A stretch of DNA of 64,000 bases, from positions 125,022,480 through 125,086,479 of the forward strand of contig NC_134541.1 of assembly GCF_050624435.1 (NCBI RefSeq), read 5' to 3'. The stretch comes from Tenrec ecaudatus (lineage: Eukaryota). Of this stretch, positions 1 to 13,134 are shown one piece after another. Below the pieces are notes generated by a model. That model ran no database searches and was not told the DNA's origin. It saw nothing but the letters and a program-made list of their open reading frames with translations. Position 1 is the first letter of the stretch. The number at the start of each line of letters is the position of its first letter. Both the position numbers and the translations under genes were made by a program.

Positions 1-934
1 TTTAGACCTCCTGTCCAAGACCTCCCTCCTGGGGATGATGCGTCTGTGTCCTGATGTTGTCTTTGTCTTTCTGAAGACTTAACAAATGTTCTCCTTAAAT
101 TATACTTGAGATGGGGGTCTCTTTTGTATCCTACGACACAGTCCTGGCCTTCTGCCAGCTAGGTGCTCAGAATCGAATTTCTGGTCCACAGCCTCATGGC
201 TGACCCACGATCACTAGGGCTCCCCCGCCCCTAGGATCATGGCTATTTGATAAATGCCACTGTTGGAAAATTGCAAGCGTGGAATATGTTTTCTTCTTAA
301 AGGAAAGCACACGTGTGGCTGATAGAGAAGCTTAAATTATGCATTGCTGCAACACACTTAATAACGAGGGAGGTCAAAATCCTCCAAACCCCCCTTTTTC
401 AGATGCTAAACTGAAATCTGAAGAGGCTAAGTGATTTTGCCCGAAAGCCATCCAAACAGTTCAGACTTAGCCAGAACTTGTGCCCCAAGTTTCTCGCCAC
501 CCACTAAATTCTCCATCCTCATTCCTGTAAGAGACCTCATCTGACCAGCCACAAAGAAAAGTCTCTCTGCTCCTCAGATGTTTCCTCTTTGAGAAAAGAC
601 CCATTCACGCCAGAGTCACACACAGCCCCGCCTGGATCAGGTGGGTGACCTTGGCCTTGCCTTGGTCAGGCCTCTACAGCTATCCACTCAGCTCCTGGAG
701 TGGTAAGTTCAAACCATCGCCAGGGCTTCTCACCAGTGCGCACACAGGAACCACTCAATCAGGATGGACTGCTTGCTTGCTTAAAAACAGGTTTGTACAG
801 GCGCGTTTTCCTGATGACCCAGGAGAATGCTCATGTTCAGATTGGGAGCATGCCTGTCTGTGACTGACCATTGGGGAAGTTGAGGTCACAACCTACGCCA
901 TCATTGTTGAGTCAACTTTTTTTTTTAAGTGCCT

Positions 935-1100
935 ACTATGGTCAGGAGCCCTGGGAGTATAGTGGCTACGCATCGGGCTGCTAACTGCAAAGTTTGCAGT
1001 TCAAAACCACCAGCTGCACCTCAAGAGAAAGATGAGGCTTTCTATTCCAGTACAGAGTTAGCCGTTTCAGAGACGCACAGGGACAGTTCTCAATGAGTCG
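935..1100 (+). mobile_element. AfroSINE-type tRNA-derived SINE
   Basis: tRNA-like head ggagtatagtggctacgcatcgggctgctaactgcaaagtttgcagttcaaaaccacc. Confidence 0.6.
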
Positions 1101-1159
1101 GCATAGACATGAGTGGTGAGTTTGTATTCGTTGTCATTGCTTTCTTTTCACCGTCAAGC

Positions 1160-1365
1160 TGAGAATCCCAGGGTGGCACAAATGGTAAACCTCTCAGCTC
1201 ATCATTGAAAGGTTAGCAGTTCAAACTCGAAAGCAAGCTCTGGCAATCTGCTTCTAACGGGTCACAGCCTCGAAAGCAGGGTGCCATGAGGCCTGTGGGG
1301 TGCAGTTCCACCCACCACACTGGGAGTCGCCGTGAGTTGAAACCGACTTTGTGGTTTCATGGCCC
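1160..1365 (+). mobile_element. AfroSINE-type SINE
   Basis: ...ggtggcacaaatggtaaacctctcagc...gttagcagttcaaactcgaaag...ccgtgagttgaaaccgact. Confidence 0.6.
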
Positions 1366-2934
1366 AGGCACAAGGTTAATGTCCACATACTCACAGCCGT
1401 CAAGTTGATGCCGACTCACAGGGTGGAACTGCCCTTGTGGGTTTCTGATACTTTTTTTAAAAATGTTTATTGTAATTAAAATAATTTTATTGGGCAACTT
1501 TTACAAATCATTCAATTGTATTAAGCACACTTGTACATACATTGCCATCAACATTTCCAGAACATTTCCTTTCTTTTTTTTTTAATCATTTTATTGGGGG
1601 TTCATACAGCTCTAATCACAATATATACATGCATCCATTGTGTGTCAAGCACATTTATACACTGGTTGCCATCATCATTTTCAAAATATTTTCTTTCTAC
1701 TTGAGCCCTTGGTAGCAGCTCTTTTTTTTTTTTTCTTTCTTTTTTTTTTATGAGACGGTAACATTTTACGGGAGCAGAAAGCCCTGGTCTTTCTCCTGCG
1801 GAGCAGCTGGGGTTTCAAACTGGAGACCTTTTGGATTGCAGCCCAACTCATAACCAGGACACCTCCAGGGTTCCTAATATCCATTTACCCACCACCAAAA
1901 AAATTGCCATTGCTTCGACTTGGTGACAAGCCTAATTTGTAGGGCCAATAACGTGCAGTACAGTGGAGTTCAATAAAATTCGTTTCCTCCCATTACTCTT
2001 GTGCTTCGGAGTCATCAGGTGTGTTTACAAAGCTGTTCTCACGAATGACGACATTTATTGTTTACTCAGTCAAACCAATTCTGTGGACTAGTAGAGGCAA
2101 ACCGTTTAGAGCAGGGACTGCTGGAGGCCAGGGCATTACACACAGGTAAGTCCATGTGTGTGTGGGGGAAACAACATTGGCTGTGCATCATGATGAATGC
2201 CCAGGGGTGATGCCAACACCCTGGCTTCATGCACAATATAGCCCACAGAGAGGATGTTCTCAAGGAAACCGGGGCCTGAACCACTGAAGTTGTTTAGCCA
2301 GGGTCACAGAGAGCAAGTGTCCAAAGTTGACTTCGGAATTCAGGTCTGGATACAGCCTGTCATGAGAGAAGCAAAAAGTCCACAGAAAAGGGAACCACCT
2401 GGCGGCCGGGGCCCCACATGTTTTCCAGGGTGACGAATCCTGCTCGCAATTCTGGCCTAGGATCAAGCTGCTTTCTTCCCGTGATCTGTGCCCCTTTTCC
2501 CCTGCTTGATTGGTGAGCCTTGAAGCTTTCTGAAGGAAAGCTCTTCCTCCAACCAGTCAGGCATCCAGTCAGTAAGCATTGGTTGTGCATCTGTCTGTCT
2601 GTTGGGTGCCAGACTCGACTCTGCTGACAACGGTGGTCAGAATCCCTGCCCTTACGGAGCCTGCAGGTTGGCTGGGGACTGTCTCCCAGAAAACTGCATG
2701 GCCACTTAGGTGTTTACCTGCCATTTCTATTAGTGGGAGCTTCATCCTGGAGCCCGACCTTGGATCAGATCCCCTGGGACTTATTTATGGGGCTCTCTCT
2801 GCCCAGGTTGACGTTCTGTCTTGTGTTTAGTTTCACATTCGGACTTACTGATAAGATTGCTTCTTTCCGCTTGACTCAAAAACAAAACACTGCCATTGGA
2901 TCCATTCTCACCAAATCAATGTACTCACCGCCAT

Positions 2935-3090
2935 CGAATCCATTCTGATTCATTGGGACCCTACAGGACAAAGGATCATCCCTGTGGGTTTCCTAGACTA
3001 ACTACAGGAGTAGAAAGCCAAGTCTTTCTCCCTTTGAGCGACTGGTGGGTTCAAACTGCCGACCTTGTGGTTGGCCACCATACCACCCTT
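2935..3090 (-). mobile_element. AfroSINE-type SINE (reverse orientation)
   Basis: ggaccctacaggacaaaggatcatccctgtgggtttcc...gtgggttcaaactgccgaccttgtggttggcc. Confidence 0.6.
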
Positions 3091-3957
3091 TACTATTTAG
3101 TTTTTATCCTGTATTATTCATCCAGTGAGCAACCCATTCATCCATTCAACAGGCATGTCAGCGCTTGCTGAATGCTGGGCATCTGGTTTTAGGTACTGAG
3201 AAAACCACATTTCCCACCACGGAACAGCTTTCATCAAAGAAACAAACACAAAACCGATGATTCACCCTCATCCATTGCTGGTGGGAACAGAAATGGAACA
3301 AAAAACGTTTGGTGGTTCCTCAGAAATGAAACAAAGTTATCTTGTGGTTCAGCAAATCCATTCCTATGCATATTCCCAAATGATTGGAAGTTAAGTGTTT
3401 AAACAAACACGGGTTTAAACAGGGGTACACAAATATTCAGAGCAGCAGGATTTGCAAGAACCCGAGGTGGAAGCAATTTGCATAATCCACTGTCTGAGAA
3501 ATGGAAACTCGAAATCTCTGCACACAGTGACGTGTTATTTAGTCATGAAAGAACCTGGTACATGCTGCAACATGGATGAACATTGGGAACATGAGGTGAT
3601 GGGAAAGAAATCAGACACAAAGGGCCACAGATTGGAGAACCCCGTTATATAAACTATCCACACTAGGATCTCTTCTCCAACATCGCCTCCTCAGACTTGA
3701 ACAAAGAGCATATTCAGATGGCCATCGAGCAGATGAAAGGATGCTCAACCACCATCACCCACAAGGAAGATGCAAATGGAAACCACAGTGAAAGGTCACA
3801 GCCCCGTGGCAAGGGCCAGGATCCCCACAAGGGAAAGGTGGGCAAGCCTGTTGAGAAACCAGAGCCTTTGTCCCTAGTGGATCGGAGTGTGTCCAATGGG
3901 TGCCGCTGCTCTGGGAAACAGCTGGCCAGCTCCTCACAGGGTTAAACACAGAGCACC

Positions 3958-4085
3958 AACAAGTTAAACCAATTGCCACGGAGACAGTGCCGACTCGTAG
4001 TGGCCCTGCAGGACAGGGACAAGCTGCCCCCGGTAGAGACCACTCTTACTCTTCATAGGAGTGAAAAGCCTGTCTTCCTCCAGAG
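3958..4085 (-). mobile_element. AfroSINE-type SINE (reverse), abutting SPIN-like copy 1
   Basis: cagtgccgactcgtagtggccctgcaggacagggacaagctgcccc is the reverse complement of the AfroSINE core. Confidence 0.6.
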
Positions 4086-4273
4086 CAGTGGTTCCCAACC
4101 TTCCTCATGCCGCAACCCTTTCATACACTTCCTCATGTACTGATGACCCCCCAACCGTAAAATTATTTTTCGTTGGTACTTCATCACTGTCATTTTGCTA
4201 CTGTGATGTATCAAGTGACCCCTGTGAAAGGGTCGTTCAGTCCCCAAAGGGGTCGGGACCCGCAGGTTGAGAA
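4086..4273 (+). mobile_element. SPIN-like hAT MITE copy 1 (TIR CAGTGGTTCcCAACC...; 3' TIR degraded)
   Basis: Shares the ~190-bp body (...gcaaccctttcatac...ccaaccgtaaaattatttttcgttggtacttcatcactgtcattttgctactg...ggggtcgggacccgcaggttgaga) with six other copies in the window. Confidence 0.7.
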
Positions 4274-4679
4274 GGGCTGCCTTAGAGGAGCAGCTGGTGG
4301 TTTCCAAATGCTGAGCTTGCAGTTCACAGCCCAAGGCAGAACCACGCCGCCACCAGGGCTCCAAGAATGAACATCCATCCCGCAAGTCCAATCCTAGGCA
4401 TGCCCCAGAAGTGAAAGTACAAATGAAACCAGAGACCCGTATCCCCACACTCGGGGTGGCACTCTTTGCCATAGTTGAATGGTGACAACAGCCAAAATGC
4501 ACCCCCAGGGAATGTGCTGTGGGAGAGGGGGACCCTTTCCACGACTTTGCCAAAGGCCCCTCAGACATGCATGGAACATTACTTGGCCGAGCAGAGAGGA
4601 ACCTTTGCTCGCTGCAGAAGTGTCGTGCGGGGTGAAGGACAGAGGTGTGCATACTATTATCTGTGCAGGTGTATATAGA

Positions 4680-5950
4680 TAAGTTAGGCGGGATAAACAA
4701 TCTGGAGGAGAAAACAACAGGACCGATGGTTCCAGGGAGACATAGGAGAGGGGAAGGTGGGGGAAAGTAAGTGGTGTTAACAAACCCAGGGACAAGGGAA
4801 CAACAAGTGATCCAAAATTGATGGTGAGAAAGGGTATAAGAGGCCTGGTAGGGCTTTATCAAGGGCAATGTAACCGAGAGGAATTAACTGAAACCTGAAT
4901 GAAGGCTGAGCATGACAGTGGGACAAGAGGAAAGTAAAAGGAAATAGAGGAAAGAACTAGGAGGCAAAGGGCATTTATAGAGGTCTAAATACAGGCAAGT
5001 ACATAGTAAATATATTTATATATGATGATGGGGAATAGATCTATGTACATATATTTATAGGTTTAGTATTAAGGTAGCAGATGGACATTGGGTCTCTACT
5101 CAAGTACTTCCTCAATGTAAGAACACATTATTTCATTAAACTGGCATTTCATGATGCTCACCTTCCCGACATGATCACTGAAGACAAAGTAGGTGCATAA
5201 GCAAATGTGAAGAAAGCTGATGTTCGGCTATCAAAAGATAGAAGCAACGGAGCCCACATGGAAGAAGCACACTAGCCTGTCTGTAGGATCAGGAATCAGT
5301 CATCAAAGAACAAAAAATCATATTGTGAATGAGGGGGAGTGCAGAGTGGAGACCCAAAACCCATCTGTAGGCAACTGGACATCCCCTTACAGAAGGGTCT
5401 TGGGGAGGAGACAAGTCAGTCAGGGTGCAGTATAGCACCAATGAAACATACAACTTTCCTCTAGCTCTTTAATGCTTCCTCTCTGCCTCCCTTCCTCCTC
5501 CCCCCCCCCCCATCATGATCCAAATTCTACCTTACTAGTCTGGCTAGACCAGAGGATCTACACTGGTACAGATAAGAGCTGGAAACAGGAATCCAGAACA
5601 GATGGATCCCTCAGGACCAATAATGAGAGTAGAGATACCAGGAGTGGAAGGGGAAGGTGGGGAAGAAAGGAGAAACCAATCACAATGATCTTCATATAAC
5701 CCCCTCCCTGGGGGACAGACAGCAGAAAAGTGGTTGAGGGGAGACATGGGATAGTGTAAGACATGAAAAAAAAAAATTTAGCAAGGGTTCGGGCGGGGGC
5801 GGGAAACTGAGGAGCTGATACCAAGGGCTCAAGTCGAAAGAAAATGTTTTGAGAATGATGGTGGCAACTAATGTACAAATGTGCTTGACACGATGGATGG
5901 ATGGATTGTAATAAGAGTTGTGTGAGCCCCCAATAAAGTGATTTAAAAAG
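4680..5950 (+). mobile_element. ~1.2-kb retroposon-like interspersed repeat (family Y) with an AATAAA and A-rich 3' end
   Basis: Related copies at 10640-11095, 35590-36660, 44280-45560 and 45890-46300 in the same orientation. Copies at 53500-54250 are in reverse orientation and 54540-55060 in forward. 3'-end fragments in reverse orientation are at 1470-1720, 36230-36400, 38430-38600 and 53200-53500. Confidence 0.65.
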
Positions 5951-5994
5951 AAATCAGAGAAAGGAAACAAGGGACAGAGCTGTCACCTCTCGCT

Positions 5995-6200
5995 TACATA
6001 GGAGTCCTGGTGGAGCAGTGGATTAAGCGTTTGGACCGCTAACTGAAAGAGTAGCGGATTGGACCCACCAGAGGCGCAAGAGGAGGTGGGTTCATTTCCA
6101 TCAAGATGTGGAGCCTCAACAAAGCCAGAGAAAAAGACGTATAGCCTTTTAAACCCTGCTCTGTCCTGGAGGGTCCCCTTGAGTTGGAATCGGCTAGTCT
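5995..6200 (+). mobile_element. AfroSINE-type SINE
   Basis: ggagtcctggtggagcagtggattaagcgtttggaccgctaactgaaagagtagcggattggacccacc. Confidence 0.6.
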
Positions 6201-7670
6201 GTGCTGGATTTGGCTTTGGATTTATCATGAGTTGGGGGCAAGGATGCCAGGGAAGCTCTGGTTTAGCAGGCGTTGCGTTTACATTCGTGGTGGAGAAACT
6301 ATCTGGAAAAGGATGGTGAGGACGGGGGTGCCGGAATGTCACCCATGTCACCGCATTACACGGAGAAAATGCCGGATGGGTCATGGTGTATGTTTTCAGA
6401 ATGATTTTGAAAAACTACGTGGTGGGGAAAAACGCCTCAATGAGGCCAGCTGACTCTCCCATTTCAAGTTGCTACTCAACACCTACCGGCCACAGGGCAC
6501 TCCTGGTCCCCTCCACTGCCCGCTTCTATTTTTCTAGCGTGCCTGCCACCTTCTAACCTGCTCTGTAATGGCTTTGCCGTCCATTGTTTCTTGACTGCCC
6601 CCTCACTAGACTACAAACTCCACAAAGGCAGGAAGCTTTGTTCTGTTCATTCGTGTTTCCCGCCGCCCAGAAGTCCCCGGCACCATTGTTGTTGTTGTTG
6701 GGTGCAATCCCGTTAGTTCCGACTCATAGCCACTCCACATACAGCCAATCAGAACCCTGCCTGGCCGGCAGCCTCGCAGTTGTTGCTAGGTGTAGAGCCT
6801 GTCCTGTCAATCCATCTCTCTGAGGGACTCCTTCTTTGTCCCTCCCCTCTACTATACCTAGCTCCATGTCCCCTTGCTAACAGGTCCAAAGAGCATTCTG
6901 ACTATATTGCTTCCCGGATAGATTTGTTTGTTCTTCTGTCAGTCTAGGGTACTTTTCAGTCCTGTGGCACTTAATAGGCACATCATGTCTGTGAAGTAAA
7001 CGCGTCCTTCAAAATTCATCTCTGGGATCAGAGTCTTCACAAAGATTCTCAGCTGTGCACAATCCCCACCACCCATCTCCTGGAGGAAATGAGCCTCTCC
7101 CTTCCCTGAGCTTCCGCTGTGCCCTGCACCACGTGACGTTTTCCAAACTACGTGATAGGTAATTCCAGGTGTAGAGTGTGAGGACAAGAGTGGGTGTCTG
7201 CCTGATTTATCTCTGCCACCTTTGTACTCAACACAGAGCCTGGCATATGCCACGCGAATGATAATCTTGATGAATGAACTAAAAAGCCCCACCCAGATTT
7301 TGTGTTAAAAGCCTGCAGGTCCTCAGTACTGATGGGGTGTGTGAAAACAGGCTGATGCACACTAGTGATGGGCGTGCAAGTGGATCCGAGCTCTTTGAAG
7401 CAGAAAATGAAAACAGCTCTGGAGGTGAACACAAGTATTGACCTACCCATCGCACTTTTAGACATTTACCCAACCAGCTTAATTATGTGTTCAAGTATTC
7501 TAAAGATACTCATGGCAGCATTGTTTATAAGAGAGACGCACCGAAATCACCTACGTGTCTCATCGATAAGGCCTTAAGTTACTTGTATACCTGTGACAGT
7601 ATATGCTATCACGGACGTATTGATAATGCTATGCAGCTGATGACTAGAGCTGGGCATTTAACTATGTGTT

Positions 7671-8158
7671 GGACAGGGTTCTCTAGAGAGACAAACCAGA
7701 TTGCTAGTAATTATATATAAATATATTTATAAAGATATATAATTCAAGAAATAAACCGTTAAATAATATACAGATAGATAATACAGGAAATTAACAGTTA
7801 AATTATAAAGCAGTGAGACACTAGCAGTCCTTCATGGCTTGAGAGCTGCCAGATGTCAGTCCCCTTCTGTAGAGAGAGCTGGGCTATATATATACAGGCA
7901 GCAAACAGCAAGGCAGGTCCCCAACTGTCATCAACTGTCAGTCCCCAGCTCCAGAGAAGAACATTCCAATCGTGAGGGCTTAAAGGGGCCTCAACTTACA
8001 GTGACACAGTCCACAGGCTAGGCATCCCACAGGTAGTGTACCCCTTTAAACTGAGGCACAGAACAGCCAAGGTGAGGCTCACCGAGCCATTTATCCCTCT
8101 GCCCTTCAGTTAATCCTACTTGTGTTTATCGGCCAGGCTGGCACAATAAACTATAGCA
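7671..8158 (-). mobile_element. LTR-like element (TG...CA termini), family X
   Basis: It is the reverse complement of 49326-49812. Short fragments of the same family are at 59650-59720 and 62870-62960. Confidence 0.55.
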
Positions 8159-8433
8159 ACTAAGCTCTCTAAGAGATATCACGGGGAAGTAACATAATGT
8201 AAGAAAGACTAGTATGTTGTGTTTCATGCACACAGGAATTAGATACATACATGTTGATTCATATAACATTTTGTAAAGATAAGCTCAGAACAGTGATTCT
8301 AAAGAGGAGTACTGGACTGTTAAGGTCAAGATGGGGATAACACTTATTCCATACTGTATACTCTGTTATGATCTGAGTCTTTTATCATGTGCCTAATCTT
8401 TTTCATAATATTTTTTAAAAACAACCCTTAGTG

Positions 8434-8622
8434 CAGTGGTCCTCCACCTTCCTAATGCTGTGACTCTTTAACACAGCTCCTCATGTGCTGGTGACTCCCA
8501 ACCATCAAATTATTGTTGTTGCTACTTCGTAACTAATTTTGCTACTATTATGAATCGGGTGACACTTGTGAAAGGTCTTTGGACCCCCAAAGGGGTCGCG
8601 ACCCACAGGTTGAGAACCACTG
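8434..8622 (+). mobile_element. SPIN-like hAT MITE copy 2
   Basis: TIRs cagtggtcctccacc...ggttgagaaccactg. Flanking 8-mers ccttagtg/cctgagag match 6 of 8. Confidence 0.75.
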
Positions 8623-10221
8623 CCTGAGAGGCACATCGGGAGAAAGAGGAGGCTTTCTACTCCTATAATGGGCTGCAGTCTTGAGGACTGGGGTACTCAG
8701 ATGGGAGAGGAAGCAGAGAGGGGCTGCCCCAGGCTGTGTTAAGTGGCGGTCTTTGTTCGACCTTGAGGGGAACCCCAGGCTTGGTGGGCATCCAATGGAA
8801 AGGAGCCCAGAATCACCATATTAATACCTTGATTGCCCCCCTCACAGTGACGTGACAGGTTTTGATCTGTTGGGCAGGGAGCTGAACTTGGAAGAATTGA
8901 TCACGGTGGACCTGTGCTTGCATAGACTCCTCCTACCGACAGTGTCCAGAGTGCTGTGTCAGTGGGACAATTGATGATGTGACCAGTGCCATCAGCTGAT
9001 GCCCAGGGGGCTGATTGACAAATTTTACTTTTCTGTTTCTAGGGGTTTTTTTTTTCCTGCCTTTAGTTTCCTTGTTTTTGTTTGTCTTTTGTCATCTGCT
9101 AGTTGGTTTGCTGCTGTTGTTGGGGTAGTGGATCTTATGGGAACTTGAACTTGCCAGAACACGACCGTCAACATAAACCTGAGTCATGCCTATCCCAGGG
9201 ACAGATGGATTCTGGGCCCCCGTCCCCACTTAAGCCCCAATCCAAGAGCAGTTGGTTCTGTTCACATGGCCCTGCTCGATACGCACCTTCATGAAATGAT
9301 CACTGAAGATAAGGGTGCTACAGCACAGTGTGGTGAGGAAAGCGGATGGTGCCTGGCTATCGATAGAAATAGTGTTGGGGTCTTCAAGGCCTGTATTCAA
9401 ACCAGCAGCCATCTAAGTGAGGAGTCAACTAAGTCCACGTGGAAGAAACACACCAGCTTGTGTGATCCAAAGACATCAATAACAAAACTCAAATATGACA
9501 AAGGGAAAGCATCAGAGCCTAAATTGCAAACACCCAGTTTGTAGAAAGCCTGGGAGGACACTGGGAACCCCAAACCATCTGTCCAAAGCCCACAGTCAGA
9601 TGAGGCCGCTGGCAGCTCCCCTCTAGCCACAGGCAAGGGTCTCGAACAGCTTTCCTCTCAGACAGAGGTCATTGTAATCGTGATGATACTGGATCAAACT
9701 TGATACTTGGTCCATTGACCTCCCTCCAGACCTGACCTGAAATAGGTGCAAGTATTCCCCGCTTATTCCATGACAAAAATTTCTTCCCTGGCCTTTAAAA
9801 TACTGCTAGTGGTCTTTTCTTCTTTACTCATTATCTGTAATGTTATCTTTGTATTATTTTATCCTTCCCACTTAATTTTGTTCCTGTGTGTCTGTTTCTG
9901 TTGGGCTTCACGGGTTGTGAAGCACAGAAGGATAGAGGCTTAGAGACAAGAACAGATGCAAGGGTTTATAGGGGAGGGACGGCTGGGCGGTGGGTAATGG
10001 GGAGGGCGAGGCGGGATACAAACAATAGATACGGGGGGAGCACTAGAAATGATTGTGATCACACTACTCATTTTAAAAGCAATTTATCCATTCAAGAAAA
10101 GAAAATGTTATGAAATTGATTGGCATAATGATTGTACAATTCTTGATATGACTGAACTATGAATTGTATGGTATGTGGATCATGTGCCAATAAAATTGTA
10201 AAAATAAAAGTCACAGTCTCA

Positions 10222-10300
10222 GAAACCCACAAGGGGCAGTTCTACCCTGTCCTATAGGGTTGCTGTGAGTCGGCATCAACTGGAGGGCAGTGAGCCTGGA
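10222..10300 (+). mobile_element. AfroSINE core fragment
   Basis: cacaaggggcagttctaccctgtcctatagggttgctgtgagtcggcatcaactggagggcagtgag. Confidence 0.65.
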
Positions 10301-11710
10301 GCTTGGTACATATTGGGACAGAGATGGAGAAGGGAGATTCAACCCTCCATTATGTCTAAATGGGTCAACAAAAAATCTCAGTGCTTTAAAAGAATTTTTT
10401 TTAGGAGCCTCTGTTCTCTTTCTCAGCCGCTCCCTCTTCCTTTCCCTCTTTGCCATCTCTTTCAAAATAGGTCCCGTGACTGGAGAGGCATGCTAGGATT
10501 TCGGCTGTATGGTCTGGAGGGGAAGGGGCTGAGTCTGGGATTGGAGGCCTGGATTGGGGACCTGAATTTGCCATCAAGCCACCCCTTGATATAGATGACC
10601 ATGGCCCACTGTGTTCAAAGCAGCTTGACTCAGGCCGTCATGAAGAACCATACAGTGAGTTCTACCTCACAAATCCAACTAGGCCTGAAGCATGTACACT
10701 GGTACAGATAAGCACTGGAATCCAGGACAGATAAACCCCTCAGAACAGTAACGGGAGTCGTGATACCATGAGGGTAGGGGAAGAAGGGGGAGAACCAATG
10801 ATCTACGTGTACTACTGCCCCGATCAGGGGGATGAACAATAGAAATGGGGAAAGAAGACAGCAGACGGTTTAAGATATGAAAATAATAATTATCAAAGGG
10901 TCATGAGGGTGGGATGGTGGGGGGGGGTGGAGGCAAAAGAGGAGCTGATAGCAAGGGCTCAAGTTGAAAGAAAATGTTTAGAAAATGACGATGGCAGCAC
11001 ATGTACAATTGTGCTTGATACAATGGATGTATGAATTGTGATCAGAGCTGTCAGAGCCTCCAGTAAAATTATGTATAAAAAATAAAGCCAAGAATCATAC
11101 AGTACATGGGAGGCAGCCGGGAGTTCCTGGGAGTGGCTCTCCCGCTCACCGAGTGGATGCTGACTCAGCGCGACCCAAAAGGACCAGGTAGAGCGACCCT
11201 GTGAGGCTCTGAGACGGTGGCTCCTGACGGGAGCAGAAAGCCCCTCATCATTCCGAACAGCCAATCTTCAGGGTCACAGCCCGACGTGCCGCCACTGTGC
11301 CACCCGGACCGATGCTATCTTTCTCATGGGTCCTGAGGCATCTGCTTCTTTCACAAGAAGGCCCGGCCCCGTGCAAGAAGAAGAAAACAAGCCGGGAGCA
11401 GCGACGGGCACTGGCCAAGGGAGCCTTGGCAGCTGTGTCATTAGACGTGACAGAGAGGCAGAAACCGTGGCCCTGACGGCACAGAACAAAGGAAAGGCAA
11501 GCATGTGGTGGCTGTAGAATTCCCAGGGCCCACCTCAGGCTGCTGGTGGAGGCAAGGTCCCTGGGCTTTTTGGAGAACAGATAAGCGTGAGGGTGGGTGG
11601 AGCAGAAAAGGAAGTGGGCCATTGGGATACACATTCTGTCCCTTTAGCCTCAAGCTTCTGATTTCCTCTGTCTTCACAGGCCAAAGTAACCATTACAGAA
11701 TTGGGGCTCT

Positions 11711-11766
11711 TGGCCCATCATTCCAGAGCTGGGCCCATCATTCCAGAGCTGGGCCCATCATTCCTA
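11711..11766. repeat. Tandem duplication of a 20-bp unit (gggcccatcattccagagct), about 2.8 copies
   Basis: tggcccatcattccagagctgggcccatcattccagagctgggcccatcattcc. Confidence 0.85.
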
Positions 11767-12690
11767 ATACTCTGCCTGACACTGGAATTCCTGCTAAACT
11801 ACGCTTCATTCAGACCCACAGACCCAGGAGAGCCCCAGAGACCCCAGGACCCGGTTTACAAGTCACTCAGAGAAGCAGACCTGGGAAGATCTTCCCCCAC
11901 AACCTTTTCTCTGCCTGGCCCAAGTCCCAGCTCCCAGGATGGAGCCCCTACCTGAGACAGCGTTGTCCTCCTCCTCCTCAGCCAGCTTAAAGCCAGGCCC
12001 GGCACAAGCTGAGAAGCCCAGAAAATCCCTCTAGACTCCCTCTGTGGCGAGGCCAGCTTCATTAAAAGGAACTTTGTTCCCTGAGGATTTGTTCTTGGAG
12101 GTGTGATTGTGTACTTGGTCGCAGTTCCCATGGCTACTGGCTCACAGCGAGAAGGGAATAAGCAGGCATCAGTATCTTCTGGTCAAACAGGAATTTGACC
12201 TGACTTAGAGGCAAACATTCAGCTGGCGACCTTATACATGGCACAGGCTGAGCAGGCCTCAGAGAGTTCTGAATGACTAAAGAAGAAAAGAACATAAAAC
12301 CGTACACGTGGAAGTATGCATTCTCTCCCTGGCTCGATTTAGGTGTTTGTCAACCTTTCATCGGGAGAGACAGCAAGCAACAGAAAGGTTGGGCACAGGC
12401 ATCCCTCAGGCCAAATCTAAGCCCTGGACCTGCTGTGTCTGATGATAAGAGTATTTTAACTTTAAAAAAATAGGGAAAAAATAAAACCTATCACAGAAAA
12501 ATAATTTCCATGACCAATGCTCTCCCACTAAAGACATCCCCATCCCTACCCCCAGTGCACACTCATGACTGGACAAAGTTGAGGTATTGATACAAGGCTT
12601 TGATGGGGATCTGACAGGAAGAGGAATTATGGGGCATCTCAGTAAGAGAATATTAGAAGTGACTTGCAGGATGTAGGCTTTGTATCAGAT

Positions 12691-12882
12691 CGGTGGTTCT
12701 CAACCTTCTTCATGCCGAGACCCTTTCATACAGTTCCTCATGTTGTGGTGACCCCCAACCATAACGTTATTTTTGTCGCTACTTCATCACTGTCATTTTG
12801 TTACTGTTAGGAATTGGGTGACCCCTGTGAAAGGATCGTTTGACCCCCAAAGGGGTCATGACCCACAGGTTGTGAACCGCTG
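12691..12882 (+). mobile_element. SPIN-like hAT MITE copy 3 with near-perfect 8-bp TSD (tatcagat/tattagat)
   Basis: TIRs cggtggttctcaacc...ggttgtgaaccgctg. The TSD matches 7 of 8. Confidence 0.8.
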
Positions 12883-13085
12883 TATTAGATGATTCTGGGA
12901 GATTTCAAGGGAAGGATCTTACTTTGGTTTGGATGCAGTCAGGAAGTTATCTAATAGGTGGAAACAATGGCACAAGATTAAAGCTATTATTGGTAAAGAA
13001 CCAGAGATATATTAACGAGGACAGGGGACATTTGCTCATTTCTGTGGTTTGGAATTTGGAGTTCAAAAATGAGTCTGGAGCGGTT

Positions 13086-13134
13086 TTGTGTGTGTGTGTG
13101 TGTGTGTGTATGTGTGTGTGTGTGTGTGTTTGTC
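13086..13134. repeat. (GT)n microsatellite
   Basis: tgtgtgtgtgtgtgtgtgtgtatgtgtgtgtgtgtgtgtgtgtt. Confidence 0.9.

Noticed and set aside
4053-4868. 271-aa minus-strand ORF, the longest in the track
   Set aside because: It lies wholly within a family Y interspersed repeat. Similar decayed ORFs recur in other copies (44216, 44280). It has no recognisable domain and is proline/serine-rich low complexity.
13086-13134. Possible CRISPR-like arrays at the simple repeats and the 20-bp tandem repeat (11711-11766)
   Set aside because: They are dinucleotide or short tandem repeats without unique spacers and sit in a eukaryotic context.
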